From the human T2T-CHM13v2.0 reference genome, Homo sapiens: 64,000 nucleotides of DNA. The translations under genes and the position numbers were made by a program. The stretch lies in the NCBI RefSeq assembly GCF_009914755.1, contig NC_060931.1, one strand, 5' to 3'. Of the stretch, positions 25,710-38,666 are shown piece by piece. The notes beneath the pieces were generated by a model. The model had not been told where the DNA came from. It worked only from the letters and a program-made list of their open reading frames with translations, and made no database searches. Within the stretch, counting starts at the first letter, position 1. Each line of letters opens with the position of its first letter.

Positions 25710-27506
25710 GATAGGAAGAAGTAATATTATTGAAGTGGCCATTCTGCCCAAAACAATTTACAGATCCAGTTCTATTCCTATCAAACCACCAATGACATTT
25801 TTCACAGAATTAGAATAACTCTTCTGAAATTAATATGGAACTGAAAAGTAGCCTGAATAGCCAAAGCAACCCTAAGCAAAAAGAACAAAGCCAGAGGCAT
25901 CACACTCCCCACTTCAAACTGTACTACAAGGCTGTAGTAACCAAAACAGCACGGTACTGATTCAAAAACAGACACATAAATCAATGGAACAGATTAGTGA
26001 TTCCAGAAACAAAGTCACACACTTATAGCCATCTGATCTTCAAAAAGGTCAACAAAAACCAATACGGAAAGGACTCCTGATTCAATAAGTTATCCTAGGA
26101 TAACTGGCTAGTCATATGCTGAAAATTGAAACTCTACCCCTTCCTTTCACCATATATGAAAATCAACTCAAGATGGAGTAAAGACTTAAATGTAAAATCT
26201 AATACTATAAAACTCTAGAAGAAAACCTAGGAAATACCATTCTGGACATAGGCCCCAGCAAAGATTTCATGACGAAGACCCCAAAATCATTTGCCACAAA
26301 AAGAAAAATTGACAAATGAGACCTAATTAAACTAAAGAGCTACTTCTGCACAGCAAAAGAAACTATCCACTGAGTAAACAGATAACTTACAAAGTGAGAG
26401 AAAATATTGCAAAGTATGCATCTGACAAAGGTCTAATATCCTGAATCTATAAGGAACTTAAACAAATTAACAAAAAATAAACAACCCCATTAAAGAATGG
26501 GCAAACTATAATACATGAATAGACATTTTTCAAAAGAAGACATACACATGGCCAACAAACGTATGAAAAATTGCTCAACATCACTATTCATCAGAGACAA
26601 TCAAATCAAAACCATGAGATAACCATCTCACACCAGTCAGAATGGCTACTATTAAAAAGTCAAAAAATAACAGAAGCTGGCAAGGTTTCTAAGAAAAGAG
26701 AACACTTATACACTGCCAGTGGGAATGTAAATTAGTTCAGCCACTGTGGAAAGCATTCTGGAGATTTCTCAAAGAACTTAAAACAACTACCATTTGACCC
26801 AGCCATCCTACTACTGGGTATATACCCAAAGGAAAATACATCAGTTTACCATAAAGACATATGCATGCATATGTTCATCACAGAACTATTCAAAACAGCA
26901 AAAACATGGAATCAACCTAGATGCCCATCAACAGTGAACTGGATAAAGAAAATGTGGTACAAAAAAAGAAAGAAATCATGTCCTTTGCAGCAACATGGAT
27001 GGACCTGGAGGCCATTATCCTTATTCAAATTACTGCAGGAACAGAAAACTAAATACTGCATGTTCTCACTTACAAGTGGAAGCTGATAAACATGAACACA
27101 AAGTAGGGAAAAACAGACATCAGGGCCTACCTGAGGGTGTAAGGTGGGAAGAGGGTGAGGATTGAGGATTGAAAAACGACCTATTGAGTACTATGCTCAT
27201 TACCTGGGTGATGAAATCTATACACTAACCCCCATGACTCCCCATTTACCCATGTAACAAACCTGTACATATATCCCTGAACTTAAAAGTTAGAAAAAAA
27301 ATACACACACACTCCCAACCCCTAATTTAAACAAGTAAAAAAAGGAAACAGGTTAAAACATTGTGCTTTTACTTCGTGGCCGTTTTTTAAAAAATAAGTT
27401 TTATTTTAGCTTTTGGTGTATTTTCAATAAATTAAATAGAATAATCAGCCACAAAATTTTGAGCTACAAAAAGGGAAATGTGATAAATAAAGGCTCAAGG
27501 AAGTAT

Positions 27507-28093
27507 TGATACAGGAGTTAAGAAAAAATTACTTAGGCAGATAGTGAGGGTACAGAAGTCCTTGGTAAGGTTTCCATTTTAATGAAAAGCAGCCCCACAT
27601 CATTTTCCTTTTTAACAAAGAACAGCCTGTAAAATTGAGCTGCAGTCATAGAAGCTGGTAGTTGTGCCAATCATGTTTAAAATGGCAACCCCACCTTCCC
27701 TTGTCTTTATGAGCCACATACGTGTACAGTAAGGAACAGACAAGATGGTACCGATCAACAGGAGAGTTCATTTGCATAATAAGATTAGGGCTGAGCAGCC
27801 AGCCTTCCCATAAGCTATGTAAACATCATACCTAATCAAACCAATCTGTGAGTCCTATGTAAATCAGACACCGCCTCCTCAAACCTGACTATAAAATCCA
27901 GCACATCCCCCTCCCTCGGGTCTTTTCTGCTCAGACACCCTTCTCTCTCTCTAGAGAGGGAGATGTTTCTCTTTCTCTTCTCTTCTGCCTATTGAATCTC
28001 CACTCCAAAACTCTGCATTTGTGTCTGTGTCCTAAATTTTCCTGGCACGAGACAAATCCCAGGGTATATACCCCAGACAACATAGCTGCTTCA
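27507..28093 (+). mobile_element. ERV1-class solo LTR (MER61-like, family tentative)
   Basis: TG...CA termini, 4-bp TSD GTAT on both sides, CCAAT (27841) and TATAAAA (~27890) boxes. Confidence 0.8.
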
Positions 28094-28741
28094 GTATTGC
28101 TGAAACAAAGCCTTCTTGAGGTTTGCTCAGCTGCTAAGCGCACCAAATCAACACTGACATAATTGTCAAAGAATGATTTCTACTTAACAGTTGTCCCTAT
28201 GTATACATAAGCTTTTTTTCATTAATCAAGGAAACAGGGAAGAATACCTGCTATGTATAATTCTATTCCTTTGGTGATTTTCATTATAGGTTTTCTTGAA
28301 ATAGAGTACATATTAATTGTAAATCACAGATCTTACCTGAGTTCCTCAAAAACTGTAAGACGATTACATTTCTGCAATTGCCCAAGAGTTATTTGGAATC
28401 AGTGTAATTCAGTGAATGAAGTAAAGGACAGACCTAGGAAAAATTACTGGATTTCAGTTTATACTGAGATTTCTATTTTCTAGAATGGCCCAGTTCTTAC
28501 TCTTGTATAATTTACTATTTAAGAAATGGTTCTTCAGCCAATACAAACTCCAGAGAAATACATATTAAACTTTAAGAAGACTTCTTTTTGATTTCTCAAA
28601 ATAATGGAGAAATTTTATTGTTCTTAATTTAAAGAGGATTCAAATGAATGTATATTCCATGCTTCACAAGGTCACAAAAGAATGTCTAAACTTTCTGAAG
28701 TTTCCAAAACAAATTTAAAAAATGAGGCTGATGCATTTCTG

Positions 28742-28807
28742 TGGTTCTGAAATATTCTTGTTTTGAATGTTTATGGTTCCGAAATATTCTTGTGTTTTGA
28801 ATGTTTA
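28742..28807. repeat. Tandem duplication of a 32-34 bp unit
   Basis: tggttctgaaatattcttgttttgaatgttta followed by tggttccgaaatattcttgtgttttgaatgttta. Confidence 0.9.
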
Positions 28808-28949
28808 AGCTCTACAAATGGAAAAAAATAAAAATAATCTTAACACTTCTTTTTCTATCAAGATGGCCAATGAAGTATTCTGAAGATACACATACTATAT
28901 AACCTCTAAAGATAGTTTATATATCTTATAAATTATATCTATAATTTTT

Positions 28950-31900
28950 AAATTAAATGTTTTGAGGTAATTGTAGATTGATATGAAATTGTAATTTGAC
29001 AGCTTCTACATATACTTTATCCAGTTTCTCCCATAGGCAAGATTGTATAAACATAGTACAATATTACAGCCAGAATATTGACATTATTACAATCAATGTA
29101 CTTTGGTTGTATAGTGTTCCTGCAAACTTAATGTCTACCAGAATCTCAGAATACATCCTTATTCAGAAATAAGGCCTTTGCAAACGTAATTAGTTGATGA
29201 GGTCTTACCGGATTAAGGTGAGCCCTAAATCCAATGGGTGGTGTCCTTATGAGAAGGCCATGTGAAGGCATACAGAGAAGTACCATGCTTAACGAAGACA
29301 GAGTTTGGAATGATGCAGCTACAAGCCAAGGAACACCAAGGATTGCCAGTAGACCATTTGTTCCAGTGTTAGGGAACAAGCATTCAGTCTTTTACCATTA
29401 AGTATAATGTTAGCTATAGGTTTTCCTAGGTGTTATTAAGATGAGGATGTTCTTCTCTATTCCTATTTTTTTCTGAGAGTTTATTATGAATGGATGCTAA
29501 ATTTTGTTAAATAGCTTTTGCTGTATTGATTATGTTTTTAGTCTGTTAAATTGGTGAATTACATTGACTAACTTTTTAATATTGAAGTAGGCTTGCATCC
29601 TTGAATAAACTGCATTTGGTCTTATATTTTAATTATTTTTATATATTGCTGAATTCTACTTGCTAATATCTGTTAGGGATTTTTGTCTATGTATGAGGCA
29701 TTTTGGTCTGTATTTTTCTTTTTGGTGAACTGTCAGTGCCTTTGTTGCCTCTTTTTTTCTGTGTAGAAATGCTCTATTTCATATTAGATGAGTTGTGGTA
29801 GGTTGCAATTTATTTTGATTTTTTTATTCTTCCCATGTAGTCTAAGTTGTCAAATTTATGTGTATCAGGTTGTCTGAGGTATTCCATGGCTATCCTTTTG
29901 ATGTCTGTAAAGTGTGTAGTGACATTTCCCTATTTCATTCCTGGTGTTGGTGATTTGTGTTTTTTCTTTTTTCTTTTATCACCCTTGCTAGAGGTTTAAT
30001 GATCTATTGAATGAACCAGCTGTTTGTTTTATTGGTTTTTCTCTATTTTTTATTTTCAATTTCATTGATTTCTGTTCTTATGTTTATTATTTACTTCTTT
30101 CCTTCTTGCTTTCAACTCATTTCACTCCCATTTTTCTTGGTTCTCTAGATGGGAGCTTTGATTATTGATTTGTGTCTTATCCTCTTTTCCAATGTAAGCA
30201 TTTGGTGTTACAAATGTCTATCTCATCACTGCTTTAGCTATGCCTCACAGATTTTGATATATTTTCTTTTCATCCAGTATTTTGATTTTCCTTGAGAATT
30301 CCTCTTTCACACATTGATTGTTTAGAAGTGTGTTGTTTTCCAAGTGTTTGGAGATTTTACTCCTATCTTTTTTGATTGAATTCTAATTTGATTCCATTGT
30401 GCTCAGAGAACACTCTATAAATTATTTTACATTTGTTGAACTATGTTTTATGGATGATGACATGGTCTATTTTGGTATATGTTTCACTTGAAAGAAGGTG
30501 AATTCTGCTGTTGTTGGATGGAGTAATTATAATAATCCCTTTTAGATTTTATTGGTTGATGGTACTGAGTTCTTCCGTATTTTTGCTGATTTTCGTCCTA
30601 ATTATTCTATGAAGTGTTGGGAGTAAGGTATTGTCATTTCCAACTACAATTATCTATTTGTCAATTACAGTTTTGTCTATTTCTCCTTTCAGTTCTATCA
30701 GTTTTTGTTCATATATTTTGCAGTCTGTTGTTTGGCACAAACACATAGAATTCCTTTGCCTTCTTGGTGGATTGACTCTTTTGTCATTATATAATTATAT
30801 AATATCTTTCTCTGTCTCTGGTAATTTTCTTTGCTTTGATGCCTAATTTATTCGATGTTATCATAGCCACTCCTGCTTCCATTGAATAACATTTTCATGA
30901 CACACAGTTTCTCATTATTTTACTTTAAACCTGCATATAACATTATATTTGAAGTGAGTTTCTTGTAGAATGTGAATAGTTGGGTCCTGCTTCTTAAATC
31001 TGCTCTACCAATCTGTGTTTTAATTAGTATACTTAGACTATTTACATTTAATGTAGTTATTTATATGTTATGGACTAAGTCTTCTATTTATTTTTATTTA
31101 TTCATTTCTGTTTCATTTTCCCTGCCTTCCTGTGAGTTAACACATTTTAGAATACCATTTTGATTTATCTACAGTGTTTTTGAGTGCATGTCCTTCTATA
31201 GCTCTTTTAGTGTTTGCTGTAGATATTACATTACATATATATGTCATATATATGGGTGTGTATGTGTATATGTGTATATATGTACATATATATACAAGAT
31301 ATACTATATATATATATCTTATCACAGCCTACTGATATTTTCATTTTGCTAGTTCAACTAAAGTATAGAAATCTTACCCTCCCTCATTTGTAATAAATTG
31401 TTTTAAATATATTGTCTACGTATTTTTAGAATCATATCAGGTAGCAGTGTTATAATTTTTGTTTCAACTGTCAAATATAATTTAGAAAACTCAAGTGAAG
31501 AAAAGCCTATTGTATTTAGCTATACTTTGTTTACCCGCTCTTTCTCCTTTCCTGATATTCCAAGGTTTCTTCCTTTAATCTTTCGTTTTTATTTAGTGAA
31601 CTTTCTTTAGCTATTCTTTTAGGGTAAGTCTACTGGTAACAACCTCTCTTAGTTTTCCTTCATTAAGAATGTCATTATTTTTCCTTCATTCTTGAAAGAT
31701 ATTTTCTCTGAGTATTGAATTGCAAGTTGACAGTTCTTTTCCTCTAGCACTTGAAAAATATGGTAGTACTTTATTCTGACCTATATGGTTTCTGGTTCAC
31801 TGTCACTCAAATTTCTTTTTCTTGTAGTAAGGTTATCAATTTTCTCTGGGTGCTTTCAAATACTTTTATCTTTCGTTTTCAGATTTTTATTATAATATGT

Positions 31901-33300
31901 CTTGGCATGTATTTCTTCAGGTTTAACTTATTTGGAATTCATCCAGCTTCTTGAATCTGTAGGTTTATGCTTCTTACAACATATGAGAAGTGTTCAGCCA
32001 TTATTTCTCTGAATACATTTTTTTTCTTTTAAGCTCTGCCCTCTTTCTCCTCTTCTTCTGGAATTCCAATGACATGAATGTTAGATCTTTTGTTACAGTC
32101 CCACAGGTCTCTGAAATACTTTTAGTTTTCTTCCCTCATATTTTTTTCTGTGTTGTTCGGATTAGGTAATTTTGATTATTCTGTATTTTAGTTCTTTGAT
32201 TCTTTCCTCTCTCCCCTCCATTATGCTGTTAGACCCGTATACAGAGTTTTTATATCTGTTATTGCATTTTTCAGATCTGCAATTTCTACTTGGTTCTTTT
32301 TTACATCTTCAATTAATTTGCTGAAGATTTCTATTTGTTTCAAACATGCTCATAACTGTTGAAAGATTTTCATCATGGCTTCCTTATATCTTGTTGGATA
32401 ATTCTAACATCTTCATCATCTCAGTGTTGGCTGCTATTTATTTATTTTTTTCATTGAATCTGGTAACTCCCTGGTTCTTGGCATAAGGAGTGACTTTGAT
32501 TGAGACCCAGACATTTTTGCCTCATGTCACAAGACTCTAGATCTTTTAAAATCCTTTTTTTCTTTCAAACTGGCTTTTTATGACCCTGCTCCAGAATGGC
32601 AAAAGGGTGTATGTATGCCACATTGTTACTGCAAGGTGAAGGCAGAAGTCCAGGTTTCTTATTTAACCTCCATTGATAACAAAGAGGAACTTCTAGTTAC
32701 TTTTATGTGGCTGTGTGTACTGGTTGCCTAATTGTCTTCACTAACATTGTGGGGGTGGGGAGTGCTTTACCAGATAGCAACTAGCAGTGATGGAAGTGTC
32801 AGTTCCCTACTTGGCCTTCTCTGACACCACCTAGTGGGAGTGTTGAGCGACTCATTACAGTATCACAAGGGTGAAAACTGAGGTTCCCATCACGACTTTG
32901 CTGATATGGGTGAGGGTATGGCCATGTTATTTTTGTGTGTTTTTGGCTGGGTAGAGTGGTTATTGTCTAAAATTTTGTGTCTTGCTAAGTTGGTCTTTTA
33001 TTTGTCCTTTGGCTAGAAAGAGCAGGAATTTGTTAGGGTTTTTACAAATCTGTGTCCACTGATGTTTCCGTGTTGTTGGCTTCTTTAGCTCCAACCTTGA
33101 GATGTGGGAGGCAAAAAGAAAACCAAGGGAACTAATCACCTTGTCATTTTGGGCCTTGACATATCTAGCTTATCTGCCTTCTTCTCTCCAACTTTCAAAG
33201 TCTTTTTATGGTTTGTTTTCTATACAACTTCCAGGGAATATTTTTTAATTTAGTGGCAACTACAGGAAAAAGTACATCTCCTTTATCTTTTTGAAAGTAA
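28950..33300 (-). mobile_element. Ancient L1 (L1MC-like), fragmented, with an MLT1B/C-like fragment at ~29100-29355
   Basis: Long T-rich tract with antisense L1M motifs (cattcagtcttttaccattaagtataatgttagct, ctctttagttttccttcat, cttcttgaatctgtagg); the MLT1 part contains ccctaaatccaatg..gtgtccttat. Confidence 0.75.
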
Positions 33301-33735
33301 AAGTCTGTGTCTTATTTTAAAAATAAAGCCTTTTATTATACAACTGGGATAATAAGAAAAATCCTCAGAGGATCCCCAAAATCTACAACATAAATCCGAT
33401 CTACTATAGTACCACAGTCCTAAATCTGGCCTCTCTCCTGGTGAACTACTAATCCCAAGTCACAGAACTTTCTGTTTTAATGGGCTACTGGGAAACCTAG
33501 AATTGCATATCCAGGGATCTTTAATTATTAGGGGCAAAGGAAACCATTTTCAGACAGAAAATGAAACTATTACTATACTAGACCATAATTAAAGAAATTT
33601 CTAAAGAACTTATGTCTCATAAAAAAGAAAGTGATCACAAAACTAGGGTCTAAAATTTCAGAGAGAATAGTGGTCAGAGAAAATATCAAATAGGAGTAAA
33701 ATTAAGCATTGATTGTAAAATAATAATTGGAAAAG

Positions 33736-34318
33736 TGTGAAAGGCAGAATGGTCACTCAAAAGTTCTATGCCTTAATCCTTGGAACCTGTGAATGTGTTA
33801 TCTTACTTAGCAAAAGGGACTCTACAGATGTGATTAAAGGTTTAAAACTTGAGATGGGGAAAGTAACCTAGAATATCCAGGTGGACCCAATCTACTTACA
33901 TTATTACTTAAAAGGAGAGAAGCTTCTCGAGTGCGTTAGAAAGATGAGATGGAAGAAAAAAGGAGTGGAGAGATATCCAAGCATAAAAGGTACTTGATAT
34001 GCCATTGCTGGCTTTGGGGAAAGAGGCCAGGAGCCAAGGAATGTGGGTGATTCCTAGAAGCTGGGAACAGTCTCCAGCTCACAATCAGGAAGGAGATGAA
34101 GATCTCAGTCTTTGAACTCGAAGGAACTGAATTCTGCCAACACTCTGAATGAGCAAGCACACAGCTCCTCCCCTAGAGCCTCCAGAAAGAAATGGAACCC
34201 TGTCAGCTCCTTGATTTTAGCTTGGAGAGATGCATGCCAGACCTCTGACTTACAGAACTGTATGATAAGGTGTGAAGTTAGTGGAAATTTGTTATGGAAG
34301 CAGTAGAAAACTAATACA
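33736..34318 (+). mobile_element. MLT1D-like solo LTR
   Basis: ggaacctgtgaatgtgtta...gccaaggaatgtggg...aaggaactgaattctgccaac...gaaaactaataca. Confidence 0.8.
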
Positions 34319-34467
34319 CACAGTTATAAATCGTTGCAAGATAGAAGACCTAAAATAGAAGACTATGTAAGTTGGTGGAGGGTTATAAGAGTAAAATATT
34401 CTTAGGAAGGTAAATACATTAATTACAAACTATATTCATTTGCAACTCCACCTTAAAATTTTAAGGT

Positions 34468-34540
34468 AATCCATACATATACATATATATAAATCCATAT
34501 ATATAAATCCATATATATATATATAAATCCATATATGTAT
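34468..34540. repeat. AT-rich minisatellite of (tataaatccata)-type units
   Basis: aatccata repeated four times, separated by (TA)n. Confidence 0.85.
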
Positions 34541-34729
34541 AGGATAAGGATGTATGACTTGTGAAACATGGGAAGTAGTGTAATAACAAAACTGTTGCAA
34601 TAAATTTTAAGAAAGGCAAGAAAGGAGAAGTGAAGAAAGTAGAAGAAAGAGAATAAAAGAAGATGGAAGAATTGATTGCAAAAGGCTAAAATTAACCACT
34701 AACGGTCACATTATCAACTGAATAGGAAA

Positions 34730-35190
34730 CTAAAAACTAAAATGGCACATCCACTAGTTTGTCAAAACATTTTAAAGTTTGATAACACTAAGTGCTGGAG
34801 AAGACATAAAGCAGCTAAAACAGACACTGCTGGTGGGAATTTAAGTTGTTTTGATCAAAATGTAAAATAATTTGGAATATTCTAGTATGATTGAAAAGAT
34901 GTGCATACTTCTAGGTATATCCCATGGAAAACTATCAGACATTTATCTGAGAGATATTTATAAGAATTGTTATTGTATAATAGTATTGTTTATAATAGCA
35001 AGTATCTAGAAACAACTCATGTCCAATTAAAAGAGAAGAGGTATTGAATAACGTTATGTCAAAACTATACAGAGGTGGAAATAAGCTAGAGCATAATCAC
35101 CAATATAAAATCCACATACATGTCATCAGAAAGTGAAAAAGCAAGCCGAAGAATATATTTTTTAATGATACCATTCATATAAAGCTTTAT
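34730..35190 (+). mobile_element. Ancient L1ME 3' fragment
   Basis: gacactgctggtgggaat, attgtttataatagcaa, atgataccattcatataaag. Confidence 0.55.
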
Positions 35191-35243
35191 TTTATTTTTT
35201 TAAAAATGCAGTATCATAAGGTTTTGGGATAAATGCATAAGTC

Positions 35244-35808
35244 TGAGAAAGAGGAAAGCAGTCATGAATATCAGGGACCTGGCCTGACACTTTCAGCTAG
35301 GCCTGATGCTTTTAGGGGCTGGCCTGGCACTCACACCTATGACATGGTTCCTGTTTAACATGAACAACTTCATAGGGCAGCACATCACATATTCTGTGAC
35401 TACGATGGAGTGAGACAAAAAATAAGACTAAAAATTTGTCTAAGCAAAAACAAGGTCACTGTGAGAGCCCTGAAATATCAAATCTTTCCTTCTACCAGCT
35501 AATATAAATGAGTTCTGCTTCTTTACCAATTATAGCTTTAGTCTCCTTCCAGTTTTTTCGCCTTCCAGATAAGGTTTATTTAGATACCCAGTCGTAGAAT
35601 TATTCTTGCTCCCTTATAGCATGCAACCCATGCAAAGCCCATTTATTGAAACTCCTTAAAAATAATCTAACACATTATTTATAATGTCATTTCTGATATC
35701 CTTACTGAGATGCCCATGGTTGCATTCTCCCCACCTCCACTGAGTAACAAACCCAACTTGCTCAACTACGGGTGTGTTCCTGGTGGTTGTGGCTGAAAAG
35801 CATTGACA
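35244..35808 (+). mobile_element. ERV1-class solo LTR (MER90-like, family tentative)
   Basis: TG...CA termini (ends gcattgaca) with a 4-bp TSD AGTC on both sides. Confidence 0.7.
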
Positions 35809-35914
35809 AGTCAAATATATAAAGAAAAACAAGGAATTACAAACAAAAGTTTAGAAGAGGGTTTCCACTTGTGAATGGAGATGTAATTTATTTAATAACA
35901 AATGGATGATGGTG

Positions 35915-36110
35915 TTTGCTACATGCCAGGAAATGTCACACTGTTCCAAGTACTTAATAGATACTAAGTTATTTAATTCTTATAAAACCCATGAGGTAGG
36001 TATTCCAGTTATCCCCATATAGGGCAACCGAGTATGAAGTTGCCCTCAATTACATAGCTGAGAAAGTATAGATTTCAGATTCACATCCAAGCAGTCTGGC
36101 TCCATAGTCT
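35915..36110 (-). mobile_element. MIR
   Basis: cccatgaggtagg..atccccat...ccaagcagtctggctcca. Confidence 0.6.
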
Positions 36111-36576
36111 TCAGTATGTATGTACCTCTAATTACTACTCCATGTAATCTTGGAAGGGTACATGACAGGGTTTCAATAATATATGTCTAGCTAAATACAC
36201 AGGCACACACATATGCATATTTATTTAATATAGGTCATAATTAAAAATACATTTAATGAGGGTTGTTAATATAGTGTCATGTAGTAACATAATATGATTG
36301 AGGCTATCAAGATAATCACATATCAAACCTAGTGGTCTATCAATGAAAATTATTCTGACTTCTGTGCCACAGTGAGAAATGGAAACTAAATTTTCCTTCT
36401 GCTAGATACCAATAACTACCTGTCTAATTAAATTATTATTAAAATGGGATATTCTGCACTTATACTGATAACAGTAAGCACTTACATGGCACTTACTAAA
36501 GAAATTATTTTAGTCCTCACAGAAATCTCATGAAGTAGGCACAACTGTAATCCACATTTAAGAATTAAGAAACTGA

Positions 36577-36859
36577 GGCCAGGTGTGTTGGCTCAGACCT
36601 GTAATCCCAACAACTTGTGAGGCCAAGGCGGGTGGATTTCTTGAGGCTAGGAGTTCAAGGCCAGCCTGGCCAAATGGCAAAACCCCATCTCTACTAAAAA
36701 TACAAAAATTAGCCGGGCATGGTGGCACACTTGGGAGGCTGAGGCACAAGAATTGCTTGAACCTGGGAGGCAGAGGTTGCAGTGAGGGAGGTCACAGCAC
36801 TGCATTCCAGCTTGGGCAACAGAGCAACTCTGTGTCAAAAAATAAAATAAAATAAATAA
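36577..36859 (+). mobile_element. AluS inserted into a MIR (MIR ~36470-36915)
   Basis: Alu dimer with a short deletion in the right arm (ggtggcacac|ttgggagg); TSD taagaaactga on both sides; the MIR continues taagtaattttcccaaggtcacacag. Confidence 0.9.
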
Positions 36860-38333
36860 GAAACTGATGCTCAAAAAGATTAAGTAATTTTCCCAAGGTC
36901 ACACAGTTAATTAGCAACAGTTCAAAGCTGACTTACCCACTATGCTACACTTTAATATGGCAGTTAGTAGAAGACATGTTCTTCCCCCAGTTCCCACCCA
37001 ACTCCTGGAAGTCTAGTACAGGGAATAGTTTGACTAGAATGATATAAGTTTTCAAAACAGACTATTTGGTTATTTTATGTGGACCAGTGCAGAATCTGGT
37101 AGAGATATTCATCTGAAAATGAATCCCCAGTATTTTACTTAAAAAGCAATTTATATTCTCATCCATTTTAAATATCTAATCTTTCAAAGCTAAATCATTT
37201 TTGTTCTAAGGCTCTCAAATGTACAAATGTACATTTTTAAAATTTTTCTAAATCATAAAAATATATCTTTGAATTCTCAGACTATTTTGAATCAGAGATC
37301 TCACACAGTCTACTTCAGACTAATTTGAATAATGATATACATTTTCTGTATTCATTCAAAAGATATACTGGTGCTCAAAGGTTGAGAAAAATGCAATAAA
37401 TTTAATAATTCATTCATCCATTTAGCAAAACAGCTGAGCATTTCAGGCACTCAAAACCTCCTGATACGTATTTTTTTTTCCATTGTCATCCCTGTAAATC
37501 TACCTTTTTCTTAAATTAGCATTCTATTTCCTTAAACGAACTTATTTGATTGCTAATTCACAATTACAAGGAAATTCTCTTGGATTTAAACCTTCATTTC
37601 TGTATAGGAACTGACAAAACTTTATTACTAAATATAAGGATGCTTGATAACAAGAGATTCCAAAGACCGACAAATAAAATTAGTTACAAATGGCTTTCTG
37701 TTCCCTTTTTATTTTTTTTAAATTTTTTTCAGTAAGTTAAAATAAATATTAAGTGCTTACTCTTTGCAAGTCCCTGCCATTATGTTAGGCATTATATGCC
37801 AAAGGGTGTTTTGGTGCCATTGGCACTAGTGGTGCGTTTTTGATGTTTTGTTTTTACTGTTTTGTCCTTCTGAGTTACTACAAGTGTGTGGTAGTAATTT
37901 CAGGTATATTTTACCAAAGCAGTTTTAATTTCAAGAAGGTTCTATGGATGATTTGCTCAAAGCTTACTTAGACCTTAGCTAGAGTCACTAAAAATTCACG
38001 CAGTAATTGGCGTCAAGCAAATAAAGAAAGCTTTTATCCTGAAAATTAATCAAATTCAATGTTACCAGTGATTGCTCAAAGCTTTTTGGAGATGTTCCTG
38101 TACTAAACTTGAATCATAGAAATTTGTTTCCTCTTGTCTTTCTCAGCCTGGTTAATATAATGGTGACATAAACCCCATCATACTTAAAAAAAAATTTATA
38201 ACACATTGTTTTCAAAGCTCATACATTTATTCCTCAATCAATTTTGAGCCATATTTAAAACAATGCTTGAGAATTATCTTTTGGTATTTAATGTGCTTCA
38301 AAGCTCCCTGCCAGTCCTTTTTAGCTACGATAA

Positions 38334-38666
<333 letters not shown>

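Larger units (their letters stand above)
20404..27341 (+). mobile_element. L1 retaining both ends (L1PA15/16-like), dead, with internal deletions in ORF1 (~22075) and the ORF2 endonuclease region (~22430) and two nested insertions; antisense to THSD7A
   Basis: 5' caagatggctgac start, GC-richer 5'UTR, ORF1/ORF2 remnants (e.g. [65 protein letters not shown]), 3'UTR ending ~27300. TSD aagaaaacaggttaa (20389-20403) versus aaggaaacaggttaa (27342-27356). Confidence 0.9.

Noticed and set aside
25324-25818. Longest ORF in the track (164 aa)
   Set aside because: Chance read-through from L1 ORF2 across the nested THE1 LTR; no splice or expression evidence.
22468-27086. ORFs with reverse-transcriptase or endonuclease-like peptides (22468, 24051, 24450, 24822, 26865)
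   Set aside because: They are frameshifted fragments of dead L1 ORF2, not a gene or a novel retro-system.
27507-28093. p53-responsive enhancer in the MER61-like LTR
   Set aside because: The family call is tentative and I could not find a clear paired RRRCWWGYYY site in this copy.
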